Shown here: positions 1 through 12,134 of the stretch, in pieces | Layout of the letters: each line of letters opens with the position of its first letter | Numbering within the stretch: the stretch's first letter is position 1 | Assembly: GCA_036271215.1 (NCBI GenBank) | Contig: DATBBB010000375.1 | Location: forward strand, 10,464-74,463 | From: Kofleriaceae bacterium | GTDB lineage: Bacteria; Myxococcota_A; Polyangia; Haliangiales; Haliangiaceae | Length of the DNA: 64,000 bases | Reading direction: 5' to 3' | Position numbers and translations under genes: made by a program | The notes under the pieces: model-generated | Databases searched by the model: none | Seen by the model: the letters and a program-made list of their open reading frames with translations, nothing else | Told to the model about the DNA's origin: nothing

Positions 1-3120
<3,120 letters not shown>

Positions 3121-3159
3121 CCAACGAATCGTATGCGAGCACGAAGCGATTCGCGCGGT

Positions 3160-3525
3160 TCACCGGCGAAACAGCACGCGATCGATCACGTTGGCCAGCA
3201 CCTCGCGCGCGAACGGGCGAACCACGAACGCATCCGGGCCGCCGTCGGCACCGACGTCGTAGATGTCGATGTACGACGACGTCATCATCACGATCGGGAT
3301 CCGCTGGGTCTCCTCGTTGGTCTTGATCCGGCGGCAGACCTCGGCGCCGTCGATCTTCGGCACGTCGCTGTCGAGCAGGATCACGTCGGGCGGCTCCTGC
3401 TTGACCCGCGCCAGCGCGCTCGCGCCGTCGCGCGCGGTCTGCACGACGTGGCCGCGCGGCGACAACACCTTCAGGATCAGCCGGACCACATCCGGCTCAT
3501 CGTCGATCACCAGGACGCGCGCCAT
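3160..3525 (-). CDS. Single-domain response regulator (CheY-like receiver)
   Basis: ORF MARVLVIDDEPDV...DVILLDSDVPKIDG...IPIVMMTS... has the receiver-domain layout. It lies 39 bp upstream of the kinase start on the same strand. Confidence 0.9.
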   Translation of the reverse strand: MARVLVIDDEPDVVRLILKVLSPRGHVVQTARDGASALARVKQEPPDVILLDSDVPKIDGAEVCRRIKTNEETQRIPIVMMTSSYIDIYDVGADGGPDAFVVRPFAREVLANVIDRVLFRR

Positions 3526-3531
3526 CGGGGC

Positions 3532-4347
3532 TTACGGGCCGTCGATGATCGAGCGCAGGCAGGTCTCGGCGACCGGCGACTGCCAGTCGCGCTTGTTGCC
3601 GAAGTACGCGCGGATGTTGCCCTGGCGATCGATCAGCGCGCTCTCGGGCACCGCGGTGATGCCCCACGACGCCGCGATCTTGCCGATGTTCTCGTCGCCG
3701 CTGGGCCGATCGAGCCAGACCTTGAACGGGGCACCGTTCGGCAACGCCTGGCGGAACGCCGCGCTGACCTTCTCCATCGTCGGCGGGCCCGGGGGCACCG
3801 CGTCCGGCGCCAGCGCGTCGAGCACGCCGGTCAGCGCCTCGGGCCACGAGTGATCCGACGCCAGCGCGACCACCACGAAGTCATCGCGGCTCGCCATCTC
3901 GGCGGCCATCTGGTTGAGCCTGGGCTTCTCGGTCTTGCAGACGCCGCACCACGACGCCCAGAAGTTGAGCAGCACGACCTTGCCGCGGAGGCTCGACAGC
4001 TTGACCTCGTGGCCGGTGATGTCCTGCGCCGTGAAGTCGGGCGCCGGCACCGGCGACGCGCACACCGCGCCGTTCGCGCACAGCTGCGGCTTCAGCTCGG
4101 GCTCGGGGCGCAGGCCGCGACACGCCGCCTGCATCTCGCGCGCGGCCGCGTTCGGCACCATCCACAAGAACGCCGCGAGCACCGCAACGCCGACCAGCGC
4201 CACCGCGCCGCCGACCGCGATCATCCGCGGCTCGATCCGCTTGCGCTTGATCGGCCCAGGCCCAGACGTAGACCCAGGCTTCCCGGTGCGCGCGTTCACC
4301 GGAGCTGCCGCTTGCGCGTCCTGCGAGTCGTCGACGGACATAGCCAC
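3532..4347 (-). CDS. TlpA-like membrane-anchored thiol:disulfide oxidoreductase (thioredoxin fold)
   Basis: Contains the WASWCGVC (CxxC) motif, an N-terminal TM segment and the redoxin-like GKVVLLNFWA context. The ORF opens with GTG at 4347; an ATG at 4341 is an alternative start. Confidence 0.85.
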   Translation of the reverse strand: MAMSVDDSQDAQAAAPVNARTGKPGSTSGPGPIKRKRIEPRMIAVGGAVALVGVAVLAAFLWMVPNAAAREMQAACRGLRPEPELKPQLCANGAVCASPVPAPDFTAQDITGHEVKLSSLRGKVVLLNFWASWCGVCKTEKPRLNQMAAEMASRDDFVVVALASDHSWPEALTGVLDALAPDAVPPGPPTMEKVSAAFRQALPNGAPFKVWLDRPSGDENIGKIAASWGITAVPESALIDRQGNIRAYFGNKRDWQSPVAETCLRSIIDGP

Positions 4348-4378
4348 AAGATAACCGATTCTCCGCTATGCTCAAGGG

Positions 4379-5473
4379 ATGTCGGTGCGCGGAGCGCTGG
4401 GGACGATGCCCGCCGAGGATGTCCTCGAGTGGGTCGGCCGGCGCAAGCTGTCGACGCCGATCACGTTCGAGCGCCGCGGCATCCAGCGCAGCCTCGTCGT
4501 CGAGGCAGGCTCGATCATCTGGGCGAGCTCGAACCGCCGCGACGAGCAGCTCGGTGTGATCTTGGTCCGCAGCGGCGTGGTCGTCGAACGCGCGCTCGCC
4601 GACGCGCTCGAGGCGCGGGCCGAGACCGGCGTCCCGCTGGGCAAGGTCCTGTTGATGTCGGGGCTGATCACCGAGGCCGAGCTGATCGAGATCCTGGCCA
4701 CGAAGATCCGCGAGACGATCACGGATGTCCTGACCTGGACCGAGGGCCAGTTCGATGTCGTTCCGAGGTCTCAACCACCGGCGACCGGCGTAAATGCCCA
4801 GCTCCCGATCGAAATCTGCCTGACCGTCGCGCGCCGCCGCGCCGCCCGGATGACAGCGATCATGGACGTGCTCGGCTCCGACGACGTGACGTTCGAGGTC
4901 CCGTCCGGCGCCCTCGCCCCGGCTCCCGATCCCGGCCAGGTCATTGATGTCCAACGGATCTGGGCGCTCGCGGGCGATCGCCGCGCCGCCGCCGAGATCG
5001 CCAGCGCGTTCTCCGGCGAGCGCTATGCGACCTATGACGCGCTCGCCCGCATGGTCGATGCCGGCCGGCTCACCATCTCGCGCCACCGGGAGCGCACCAA
5101 CTCGGCGGTCGAGCTCGCCGCCGGGGCCCGCGGCCGGCTGCGCCAGGGCGATCGGGCCGGCGCCCTCGCGATGGCGACCCAGGCGCTGCACCAGGACCCC
5201 AGCGACGCCGAGGTCCGCAAGACGTTCACCCAGATCGAGCGCGCGCGCGTCGCCGAGGTCGCCAAGCAGCTGCTGTCGCGCCACCGCGTGCCGAAGCGAA
5301 TTCGCCCGCCGGGGCCCGAGCACGGCCTCAGCGCCACCGAGCTCGAGCTGGCCAACCGGATCGACGGCCGGTGGGACCTGCTATCCCTCATCAAGTCGGC
5401 AGGGGTCCGGGAAGCGGAGGCGCTCCTCGCCTTTGCGCACCTCGCCGAAGTCGGCGTCGTCGAGCTAGGGTAG
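4379..5473 (+). CDS. DUF4388-like domain protein (PatA-N-like), regulatory function unknown
   Basis: N-terminus GALGTMPAEDVLEWVGRRKLSTPITFERRG resembles the DUF4388 signature common in myxobacteria. GC3 is high and the coding frame is clear. Confidence 0.6.
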   Translation: MSVRGALGTMPAEDVLEWVGRRKLSTPITFERRGIQRSLVVEAGSIIWASSNRRDEQLGVILVRSGVVVERALADALEARAETGVPLGKVLLMSGLITEAELIEILATKIRETITDVLTWTEGQFDVVPRSQPPATGVNAQLPIEICLTVARRRAARMTAIMDVLGSDDVTFEVPSGALAPAPDPGQVIDVQRIWALAGDRRAAAEIASAFSGERYATYDALARMVDAGRLTISRHRERTNSAVELAAGARGRLRQGDRAGALAMATQALHQDPSDAEVRKTFTQIERARVAEVAKQLLSRHRVPKRIRPPGPEHGLSATELELANRIDGRWDLLSLIKSAGVREAEALLAFAHLAEVGVVELG

Positions 5474-5487
5474 GGTTACAGCTGCTC

Positions 5488-6270
5488 ATGGACGCCGTCG
5501 CCCCGACTGCGCTCGATCGCGCCCGACTGCTACCGCGCAGCGGGATCGGCGTCGATGGCGCGTGGCTCGTGATCGCGCCGCCCGGCAACCCGATCATCCG
5601 GCTCGATTCGCGGCTGCTCGATCGCGTCGAGCTGATCGGCCGGTCGCCGACCGGGCCGCTCGTCGCGTGCGGCCTCGCGCTGGCCGGGGTCGGCGCCGCC
5701 GCGGCCTCGCTCGTCCCCGGCGGCGTGTTCGCGTGCGCCGGCCTGGCGTACCTCGCGCACGAGCGGTTCAGCGAGGCCCGCCGCCGGTCGCGCAGCCGCG
5801 ATCTGCTGCTCGCGCTCGGCGATCTCGAGGTCGCGCTCCACGTCGCCGATGGCCCCGAGGCCGCCAAGGGCATCTCCGAGCAGCTCGCGCCGTACACCCG
5901 CGACGCGCCGATCACCCGCCCCGAGGTCTACGAGGACGCCAAGCGCCGGATGCGCGCCCAGGCCGAGGGCAAGGGCGAGGCGTCGGCCCGCCGCGAGCTC
6001 GAGCACGCGCTGCTGGTCGGCGCCGACGTCGTCTACCTGCGCGGCGACTACCTGCAGGTCGGCCAGGTCGCGTTCCGGATCACCGAGGTCCGCGAGTACG
6101 CGCTGCGCGGCGCCAACCTGCCGCTGACCGGCGGCCGCCTGCTGCAAGCGGCGATGGGCCTGCTCGTCGTCGCCGCCGAGGAGCGCGCGGCGGCCGGCGA
6201 GGACGTCGTGGTGCTGTCCAAGCGGATCGCCGACTACGAAGCCTGGTCGGGCCACACCGCCGGGCGTTGA
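5488..6270 (+). CDS. Hypothetical protein with a central hydrophobic segment
   Basis: Track ORF 5371..6270 trimmed to ATG 5488 (MDAVAPTALD), just after the stop of the upstream gene at 5473. No recognisable domain. Confidence 0.45.
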   Translation: MDAVAPTALDRARLLPRSGIGVDGAWLVIAPPGNPIIRLDSRLLDRVELIGRSPTGPLVACGLALAGVGAAAASLVPGGVFACAGLAYLAHERFSEARRRSRSRDLLLALGDLEVALHVADGPEAAKGISEQLAPYTRDAPITRPEVYEDAKRRMRAQAEGKGEASARRELEHALLVGADVVYLRGDYLQVGQVAFRITEVREYALRGANLPLTGGRLLQAAMGLLVVAAEERAAAGEDVVVLSKRIADYEAWSGHTAGR

Positions 6271-6320
6271 GTCGAGCCGAGCTGAGCGAGCTCGGGCACC
6301 AAGCCGACCAAGCTGCGATT

Positions 6321-6383
6321 CGCGACGTCCGGTGGGGTGAATTTCGCGGCTTCGCCGCGAAAGAGGGGACGGGAAAGTCCCCT
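6321..6383 (+). repeat. REP-like double-hairpin element, copy 1 (tandem with copy 2)
   Basis: Sequence cgcgacgtccggtggggtgaatttcgcggcttcgccgcgaaagaggggacgggaaagtcccct. It has stems tttcgcggc/gccgcgaaa and aggggac/gtcccct, and sits between convergent genes. Confidence 0.85.
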
Positions 6384-6392
6384 GGTAATAGC

Positions 6393-6455
6393 CGCGACGT
6401 CCGGTGGGGTGAATTTCGCGACTTCGCCGCGAAAGAGGGGACGGGAAAGTCCCCT
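6393..6455 (+). repeat. REP-like double-hairpin element, copy 2
   Basis: Near-identical to copy 1 and offset from it by 72 bp. Confidence 0.85.
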
Positions 6456-7187
6456 TTACAATGACGTCGCGAGGCGCAGCTCGAACGTGCAGCCGGCGCC
6501 GGGCACCGAGGTCGCGTCGACCTGCGCGTCCCACGGCGCCATCAGCTCGCGGGCGACCTCGCCGAGCGCCGCGGCGCGCGTGCTGCCGGCCCCGTTGTCG
6601 GCGATCGAGACCAGCGCCCATGCAGCCTCGGGCACGACCCGGATGCTGAGCGTGCTGCCCGGCAGATCGCGCGCCGAGCGCGCCGACACCGTGACCAGCT
6701 GCGCGACGATCAGCGCGACGGTGCCCGGCGTGCCGCGCGCCGGCGGCGTGTTGCCGAGGTCGATCAACAGCTCGAGGCCGGCGGCGAGGTGATGGCCGGC
6801 GAGGTGGACGCCGAGCTCGACCGCGGCGGCGAGATCGAACCAGCCCGGCGGAGCGTCCACGAGCGCGCGATCGAGCTCGTCGATCCGGCGCGCGAGCGCG
6901 GTCGCCTCGAGGTACGCGGCGGCGAGATCCTGGCGCAGGGTCAAGAGCGAGCGCCAGGGATACGGGGTCGGGCCGGTCGAGGTCGCGACGTGGCGCTCGA
7001 GGTGATCGATCACCAGCCCGAGCCGCTCGCGCAGCGCGCGCACCGGATCGGCGAGCTGGCGCGCGACATCGACCGCGACGTCCCCGGCGAGCGGGTGGGT
7101 GGGCCCGGCCGCCGGGTCGGCCGCGTCCGCCGGCGGCCCGATGATCGGCGCGCCCACCGGCGAGGTCGGCGCGTCGTGGCGGGTCAC
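6456..7187 (-). CDS. Histidine-kinase-like ATPase (GHKL) domain protein, no clear H-box
   Basis: The C-terminal half has HATPase_c-like motifs: VSIADNGAG (G1-box-like) and GAGCTFELRL (G2 region). The proposed GTG start at 7185-7187 overlaps the upstream stop as GTGA. The rest of track ORF 6456..7955 is antisense junk. Confidence 0.55.
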   Translation of the reverse strand: MTRHDAPTSPVGAPIIGPPADAADPAAGPTHPLAGDVAVDVARQLADPVRALRERLGLVIDHLERHVATSTGPTPYPWRSLLTLRQDLAAAYLEATALARRIDELDRALVDAPPGWFDLAAAVELGVHLAGHHLAAGLELLIDLGNTPPARGTPGTVALIVAQLVTVSARSARDLPGSTLSIRVVPEAAWALVSIADNGAGSTRAAALGEVARELMAPWDAQVDATSVPGAGCTFELRLATSL

Positions 7188-10069
7188 AGGCTCCCCGTCA
7201 GCAGGAACCAGGTCTCGTCGATGCCATCGTGCATCAGGCCGCGCGCGTAGCCGATCTCGAACGTCCCGGGGACATAGTCGCCGAAGTACGCGTCGAGCCG
7301 GAGCGCGCCTCCGACCGAGGTCCGCAGATCGGCGCCGCGGTCGAACGGGCCGTCGAACGCCGTGCCGGTGTCGTTGAGCACCACGAGGTTCAGCCGGCGC
7401 AAGTAGATCGGCAAGGTCTGGACGCCGTGCTCGATCTGCCACAGCTCCTGGCGGTACTCGAGGTTGAGCAGGTGGTACTGGTTGCCGGTCACCACGCGGT
7501 TGGGGTAGCCGCGCAGGTAGCCGCTCGGCGACGACCGCGTGCTGTCGACGATCGACATCACGACGTCCTGCGGCGGCACACCGCCGAGCCCGAACCCGCC
7601 CGGCCGCACCAGGTCGCCGGCGCGCAGCGAGCCGACCAGCCGGACCGAGAGCACCGGGGTCACGCCCCACAGCCGCTGGTAGATATCGAGCCCGTAGCTC
7701 AGCGTGACATTGCGGTAGGTCGCGCCGAACGCCGGGTCGTCGAGCCGGAAGCTGACCGCGGCGTCCCAGCCATCCTGCGCGCCGTAGCCGAACGTCGTGG
7801 TGTGGACGTGCGAGTACGCGACCCGCGTGCTGAGCCCGGCCTGGGTGTAGTTGGTCGCCGGCACGACCGGCACGCGCTGGTTGGGATCGGGCATGATCGT
7901 CGGGCCCTTGACCATGCGGAACCAGTCGATGTCGTAGTCGGCCGCGAACGTCCACGTCGTGCCCGGCCGGGCCTCGAGCGGCACGCCGAGCGACACCGTG
8001 CCGCTCCAGTCCTCCTCGGTGTACAGCTCGTTCTTGCCGTCGACCTTGAAGCCCGAGCGATCGAGCACGGTCCGCGCGCCGGCCACCCGCAGGCTCGGAC
8101 GGAACCCGCTGTAGCCGTACGACGCGCCGATGTTGGCCGCGCCCTTGTCGGTGTCGGTCGACAGCGCGAGCGAGTACGAGTGCAGGCTGAGCGCATCGGT
8201 GCCGCCGGTCTGCAGCGACGCGGTCGTGGTCGAGCCGGTGTTGACCGAGCCGGTCCAGGTCTGCGGCGCGAGGGTCTCGAGCGCACGGTACGGCCGGGGC
8301 GCCGAGACCTTGTCCTCGCCGTCGTGGATCACCAGCGCGGTCGGCTTGTCATCGAGGAAGTCGTGCGCCGGCAGCCAGCGCGCGCGGTCGAGCATCACCT
8401 CGTAGAGGTCGTAGCCGCCCTCGGGCACCGCCGCCACGAACGCGAGCCGCGCACCGTCGGGCGATGGCGCGGCCTGGAACGCGCCGCCGAGCACGTTGGT
8501 GACCTGCCACACCGAGCGGTCGCGGGTATCGAACGCGTAGATGTTCGAGATCCCCGTCCGGTCGCTGTCGAAGTACAGGTAGCGGCCGTCCTTCGACCAC
8601 GCCGGCGTCATGTCGATCGCGCGATCGTGGGTGATCGGGTCGAGCTGGCCCGACGCCAGATCGAGCACCAGGATGTCGCGGTAGCCGCCGGCGAGCCACG
8701 CCGAGAACGCGAGCCGCGTGCCGTCGGGCGACCACGCCGGCTGGTACGCCTGATCGAACCGTTGGCCGCGCCACACGACCCGGGGCGCCGCGCCGGGCGC
8801 GACGTCCTGCACCGCGATCACGCTCTCGGAGTGCTCGTTCATCGAGAACGCGACCTGCCGGCCGTCGGGCGACACCGCCGGATCGCGGGCGCGCCGGCCG
8901 AACGACAGCCGCACCGTCTGGTGGGTCCGCGCGTCCCACCGCACCAGATCTTCGAACGAGTAGTCGCGGCGGAACAGCCAGCTCTGCTCGTAGACCAGCG
9001 AGCCGTCGGGCAGCAGATCGAACGGCCCCATGCCGTCGACCTGCACGACGTCGTACGCCGACGTGTGATCGCCGCCGACCGGCATCGCCCGCACCCACGG
9101 CAGGGTGTAGCCGTCGGACTGCTGCCAGTACAGCTGCTTGCCGTCGGCGCTGTAGTGCGGCCACAGGTTATTCTCGGCCGAGTGGGTCAGCTCGCGGCCG
9201 GCGGCCAGCCCGCGGCGCTCGGCGGCCATCTCCTGCTGGCTGTAGCGATCGCGCAGGTAGTCCTTCCAGTCGTCGTACAGCTCGGTGAACGGCTTGCCCA
9301 CGACCTTGGCGATCTGGCGGTTGACCGCGAACGGCGGCGCGTAGCTGCCCGAGACGTGCGACATCTTGCGCACGGTGTCGTCGCCGAACCGGTCGAAGAT
9401 GTAGCGCAGGAAGTGCGAGCCGTAGACGTAGACCGCGTTGCCGTGCGGGAACCGCCGCGGCGCGCCGCTGACCTCGTCGAGCCGGAGGTCCTGGTGGCGA
9501 TCGCGCGCGATCCGGATGTACTGATCGAACCGGGTGCCGCGGTTGCGGCCGCCGGCCGAGCGCTTGGACTCCTCGTAGACCGCGGTGCCCTCGATCAGCC
9601 AGCGCGGCATGATCTGGTTCGGCGCCCAGGTCTTGCCGAAGATCCGGTTGTAGATGTTCGGCAGTCCCTCCATCGTGTCGAGGTGGAGGATGTGGGTGTA
9701 CTCGTGGGCGATCAGGCCGTACAGCCAGTCCTCGTGATCGTCGAGCTCGTTGAACCCGGTCGGGCCGGTCGCGTAGATCTGGATCGCGTTGCGCGGCAGC
9801 ACGCTCGCGAACCCGTTGGCGCTGTCGGTGTCGTCGACCAGGACGACGATCGTCTTCTCGGCCGGCAGGTGATCGAGCGCGGGCGACAGCGTGCGGTGCG
9901 CGCGCTCGGCGACCACCCCGAGCCGGCGCGCCACGTCGTCGAGCGGCGTGTAGTAATAGATGACGAAGTGGTCGGTCTCGACCGTGCGGTAGATCCGCGT
10001 CGGATCCCCGGCCCAGGCGTGCGTGGCGTAGAGCGCGATCAACGCCAGCGCGGCCAGCCCAAGCTTCAC
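7184..10069 (-). CDS. Outer-membrane fusion protein: signal peptide + HExxH zincin-like domain + TolB-like PD40 beta-propeller repeats + C-terminal Omp85/surface-antigen-type beta-barrel
   Basis: Begins VKLGLAALALIALYATHAWA (signal peptide) and carries HEYTH. Repeated PD40-like strings are present: SPDGRQVAFS, SPDGTRLAFS, SKDGRYLYFDSDR and SPDGARLAFV. The C-terminus resembles Bac_surface_Ag (GFGLGGVPP...LRGYP...LNLEYR...GGALRLD). The GTG start at 10069 overlaps the ptsI stop as GTGA. Confidence 0.8.
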   Translation of the reverse strand: MKLGLAALALIALYATHAWAGDPTRIYRTVETDHFVIYYYTPLDDVARRLGVVAERAHRTLSPALDHLPAEKTIVVLVDDTDSANGFASVLPRNAIQIYATGPTGFNELDDHEDWLYGLIAHEYTHILHLDTMEGLPNIYNRIFGKTWAPNQIMPRWLIEGTAVYEESKRSAGGRNRGTRFDQYIRIARDRHQDLRLDEVSGAPRRFPHGNAVYVYGSHFLRYIFDRFGDDTVRKMSHVSGSYAPPFAVNRQIAKVVGKPFTELYDDWKDYLRDRYSQQEMAAERRGLAAGRELTHSAENNLWPHYSADGKQLYWQQSDGYTLPWVRAMPVGGDHTSAYDVVQVDGMGPFDLLPDGSLVYEQSWLFRRDYSFEDLVRWDARTHQTVRLSFGRRARDPAVSPDGRQVAFSMNEHSESVIAVQDVAPGAAPRVVWRGQRFDQAYQPAWSPDGTRLAFSAWLAGGYRDILVLDLASGQLDPITHDRAIDMTPAWSKDGRYLYFDSDRTGISNIYAFDTRDRSVWQVTNVLGGAFQAAPSPDGARLAFVAAVPEGGYDLYEVMLDRARWLPAHDFLDDKPTALVIHDGEDKVSAPRPYRALETLAPQTWTGSVNTGSTTTASLQTGGTDALSLHSYSLALSTDTDKGAANIGASYGYSGFRPSLRVAGARTVLDRSGFKVDGKNELYTEEDWSGTVSLGVPLEARPGTTWTFAADYDIDWFRMVKGPTIMPDPNQRVPVVPATNYTQAGLSTRVAYSHVHTTTFGYGAQDGWDAAVSFRLDDPAFGATYRNVTLSYGLDIYQRLWGVTPVLSVRLVGSLRAGDLVRPGGFGLGGVPPQDVVMSIVDSTRSSPSGYLRGYPNRVVTGNQYHLLNLEYRQELWQIEHGVQTLPIYLRRLNLVVLNDTGTAFDGPFDRGADLRTSVGGALRLDAYFGDYVPGTFEIGYARGLMHDGIDETWFLLTGSL

Positions 10070-11841
10070 ACCTTGGCCTTGCGCTGCGGCGCGGTCAGGC
10101 TGAACACGTAGTCCGAGACCATCGCGCGGATCTCGGCCGCGGTCGCCAGCTTCTTGAGCCGCGCGACCAGGCCCTCGGCCTCGGCGCGCGACGTCGCGCG
10201 GATCATCGCCTTGACCTCGGGCACCGAGACCGCGCTCATCGACAGCTCGCGGATCCCCAGGCCGATCAAGACCGGCGCCATCATCGGCTCGCCCGCCATC
10301 TCGCCGCACACGGTGACCGGGATCTTGGTGATGCTCGCCGCCCGCGCGACCTCGCCGATCAACCGGATCAGCGACGGGTGCAGCGGTTCGTAGAGGTACG
10401 AGACATACTCGTTCACGCGATCGACCGCCATCGTGTACTGGATCAGGTCGTTGGTGCCGATCGAGAAGAAGTCGCACTCCTCGGCCAGGAAGTCGGCCGA
10501 CAGCGCCGCCGATGGCATCTCGATCATGATGCCGAGCTTGACGTGCTCGTCGAACGGGATGCCCTCGCGCTTGAGCTCGAGCATGACCTCGTCGACCACA
10601 GCCTTGGTCGCGCGCAGCTCGGCCGTGCCGGAGATCATCGGGAACATGATCTTGAGCGGGCCGTGGACCGACGCGCGCAGCAGGCCCCGCAGCTGGGCCT
10701 GGAACAGCGGCCGGCCGACCGGCGACAGGCACAGCCGGATCGAGCGCAGCCCGAGCGCCGGGTTGGCCTCCTCGAACGCCGCCGCCTCGAGGAACGGCGC
10801 GAGCTTGTCGGAGCCGAGGTCGAACGTCCGGATCGTCGCGGGCCGGCCGGCGAGCTTGGTCAGGACCTCGCACGCGCTCTGGTAGTGGCGCTCTTCGTCC
10901 GGCGGCTCGGCCTGGCCCATGAACAGGTACTCGGTGCGGTACAGCCCCACGCCCATCGCGCCGTAGTCGAGCGCGTCGTCGAGCTCGTCGTGGCCGTCGA
11001 TGTTGCACAGCAGCGTGATCTCGGTGCCGTCGAGCGTGTGCGCCGGCAGATCGCGCATCGCGTGCAGCACCGCGCCGGCCGCGACCTGGCGGCGCTGCTC
11101 GTCGCGAAACTCGGCGACCGTCGCCGCGGTCGGGTTGACGATCACGATCCCCGAGCCACCGTCGATCAGCAGCAGGTCATCGGTCTCGACGATCTCGGTG
11201 ATCGTTTCGAGCCCGACGACCGCGGGGATCTCGTGGGCGCGCGCGATGATCGCGGTGTGCGAGGTCTTGCCACCGGCGTCGGTGATCAGGCCCGCGACCG
11301 CGGCCTTGTGGAGCTGGGCGGTATCCGCCGGCGACAGATCGTACGCCACGACGATCGCGTCGGGCGGCGGCTGGACCGGACCGGTCTCGCGGCCGAGCAG
11401 GCTGCGCAGCACGCGCTCGAACACGAACTCGACGTCGCTGCGCCGCTCGCGCAGGTAGACGTCCTCCATCCGATCGAACACGCCGGCGATGTCGTCGACC
11501 GCGCGGCGCAGGCCCCACTCGGCGTTGATCAGGTCGTTGCGGATGTAACCGACCGCGGCGCCGACCAGGTGCTCGTCGTGCAGCATCATCTGGTGCGCGG
11601 TGATGATGTGGTAGTCGCTCTCGTTCTCCGAGGCGAGCTTCTCCTTGATCTTCGCGAGCTGCTTGTCGCTCGCCGCGATCGCCTTGTAGAGCCGGGCGAT
11701 CTCGGTGTCGACATCGTCGGGCTCGATGTGATGGCGCGGCGCCTTGAGCGTATCGCGGCCGATCAGGTACGCGCGGCCGAACGCGATCCCGGCCGAGACA
11801 CCGAGCCCTTGCCGCCGAACTTCCGGCCGACTGTCGGACAT
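10066..11841 (-). CDS. ptsI: Phosphoenolpyruvate-protein phosphotransferase (PTS enzyme I)
   Basis: Carries the GGKTSHTAIIARA phospho-His motif, LYRTEYLF and GTNDLIQY. The ORF is trimmed to ATG 11841 (MSDSRPEV). Confidence 0.93.
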   Translation of the reverse strand: MSDSRPEVRRQGLGVSAGIAFGRAYLIGRDTLKAPRHHIEPDDVDTEIARLYKAIAASDKQLAKIKEKLASENESDYHIITAHQMMLHDEHLVGAAVGYIRNDLINAEWGLRRAVDDIAGVFDRMEDVYLRERRSDVEFVFERVLRSLLGRETGPVQPPPDAIVVAYDLSPADTAQLHKAAVAGLITDAGGKTSHTAIIARAHEIPAVVGLETITEIVETDDLLLIDGGSGIVIVNPTAATVAEFRDEQRRQVAAGAVLHAMRDLPAHTLDGTEITLLCNIDGHDELDDALDYGAMGVGLYRTEYLFMGQAEPPDEERHYQSACEVLTKLAGRPATIRTFDLGSDKLAPFLEAAAFEEANPALGLRSIRLCLSPVGRPLFQAQLRGLLRASVHGPLKIMFPMISGTAELRATKAVVDEVMLELKREGIPFDEHVKLGIMIEMPSAALSADFLAEECDFFSIGTNDLIQYTMAVDRVNEYVSYLYEPLHPSLIRLIGEVARAASITKIPVTVCGEMAGEPMMAPVLIGLGIRELSMSAVSVPEVKAMIRATSRAEAEGLVARLKKLATAAEIRAMVSDYVFSLTAPQRKAKV

Positions 11842-11846
11842 CGCTG

Positions 11847-12134
11847 CTACTTGCCCTCTCCGAACTTGTCGTCGATCAGCGCCGCGAGCGCCACCACGGC
11901 CTCGGCCGCGCGCTCGCCCTTGGCCTTGATCGTGATCGTGGTGCCCTTGGGCGCCATCAGGGTCAGGAGGCTCAGGATGCTCTTGCCGTTGACCTCGCTG
12001 CCGCCCTTGACGACGGTGATGTCGCACGGGAACTTCGAGCCGATCTGGACGAACTTGGTACCGGCGCGCGCGTGCAGCCCGAGCTCGTTCTGGATCTGGA
12101 TCGTCTTCTCGGATCGATCGTCTGCTGCCATCAT
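11847..12134 (-). CDS. ptsH: Phosphocarrier protein HPr/NPr
   Basis: MMAADDRSEKTIQIQNELGLHARAGTKFV carries His15 in the HAR context, and GKSILSLLTL carries the Ser46 context. The start overlaps the rapZ stop as ATGA. Confidence 0.9.
   Translation of the reverse strand: MMAADDRSEKTIQIQNELGLHARAGTKFVQIGSKFPCDITVVKGGSEVNGKSILSLLTLMAPKGTTITIKAKGERAAEAVVALAALIDDKFGEGK

Noticed and set aside
5371-5487. N-terminal extension of ORF 5371..6270
   Set aside because: The extension overlaps the 3' end of the DUF4388 gene and is Arg-rich junk. The ATG at 5488, right after the upstream stop, is the more plausible start.
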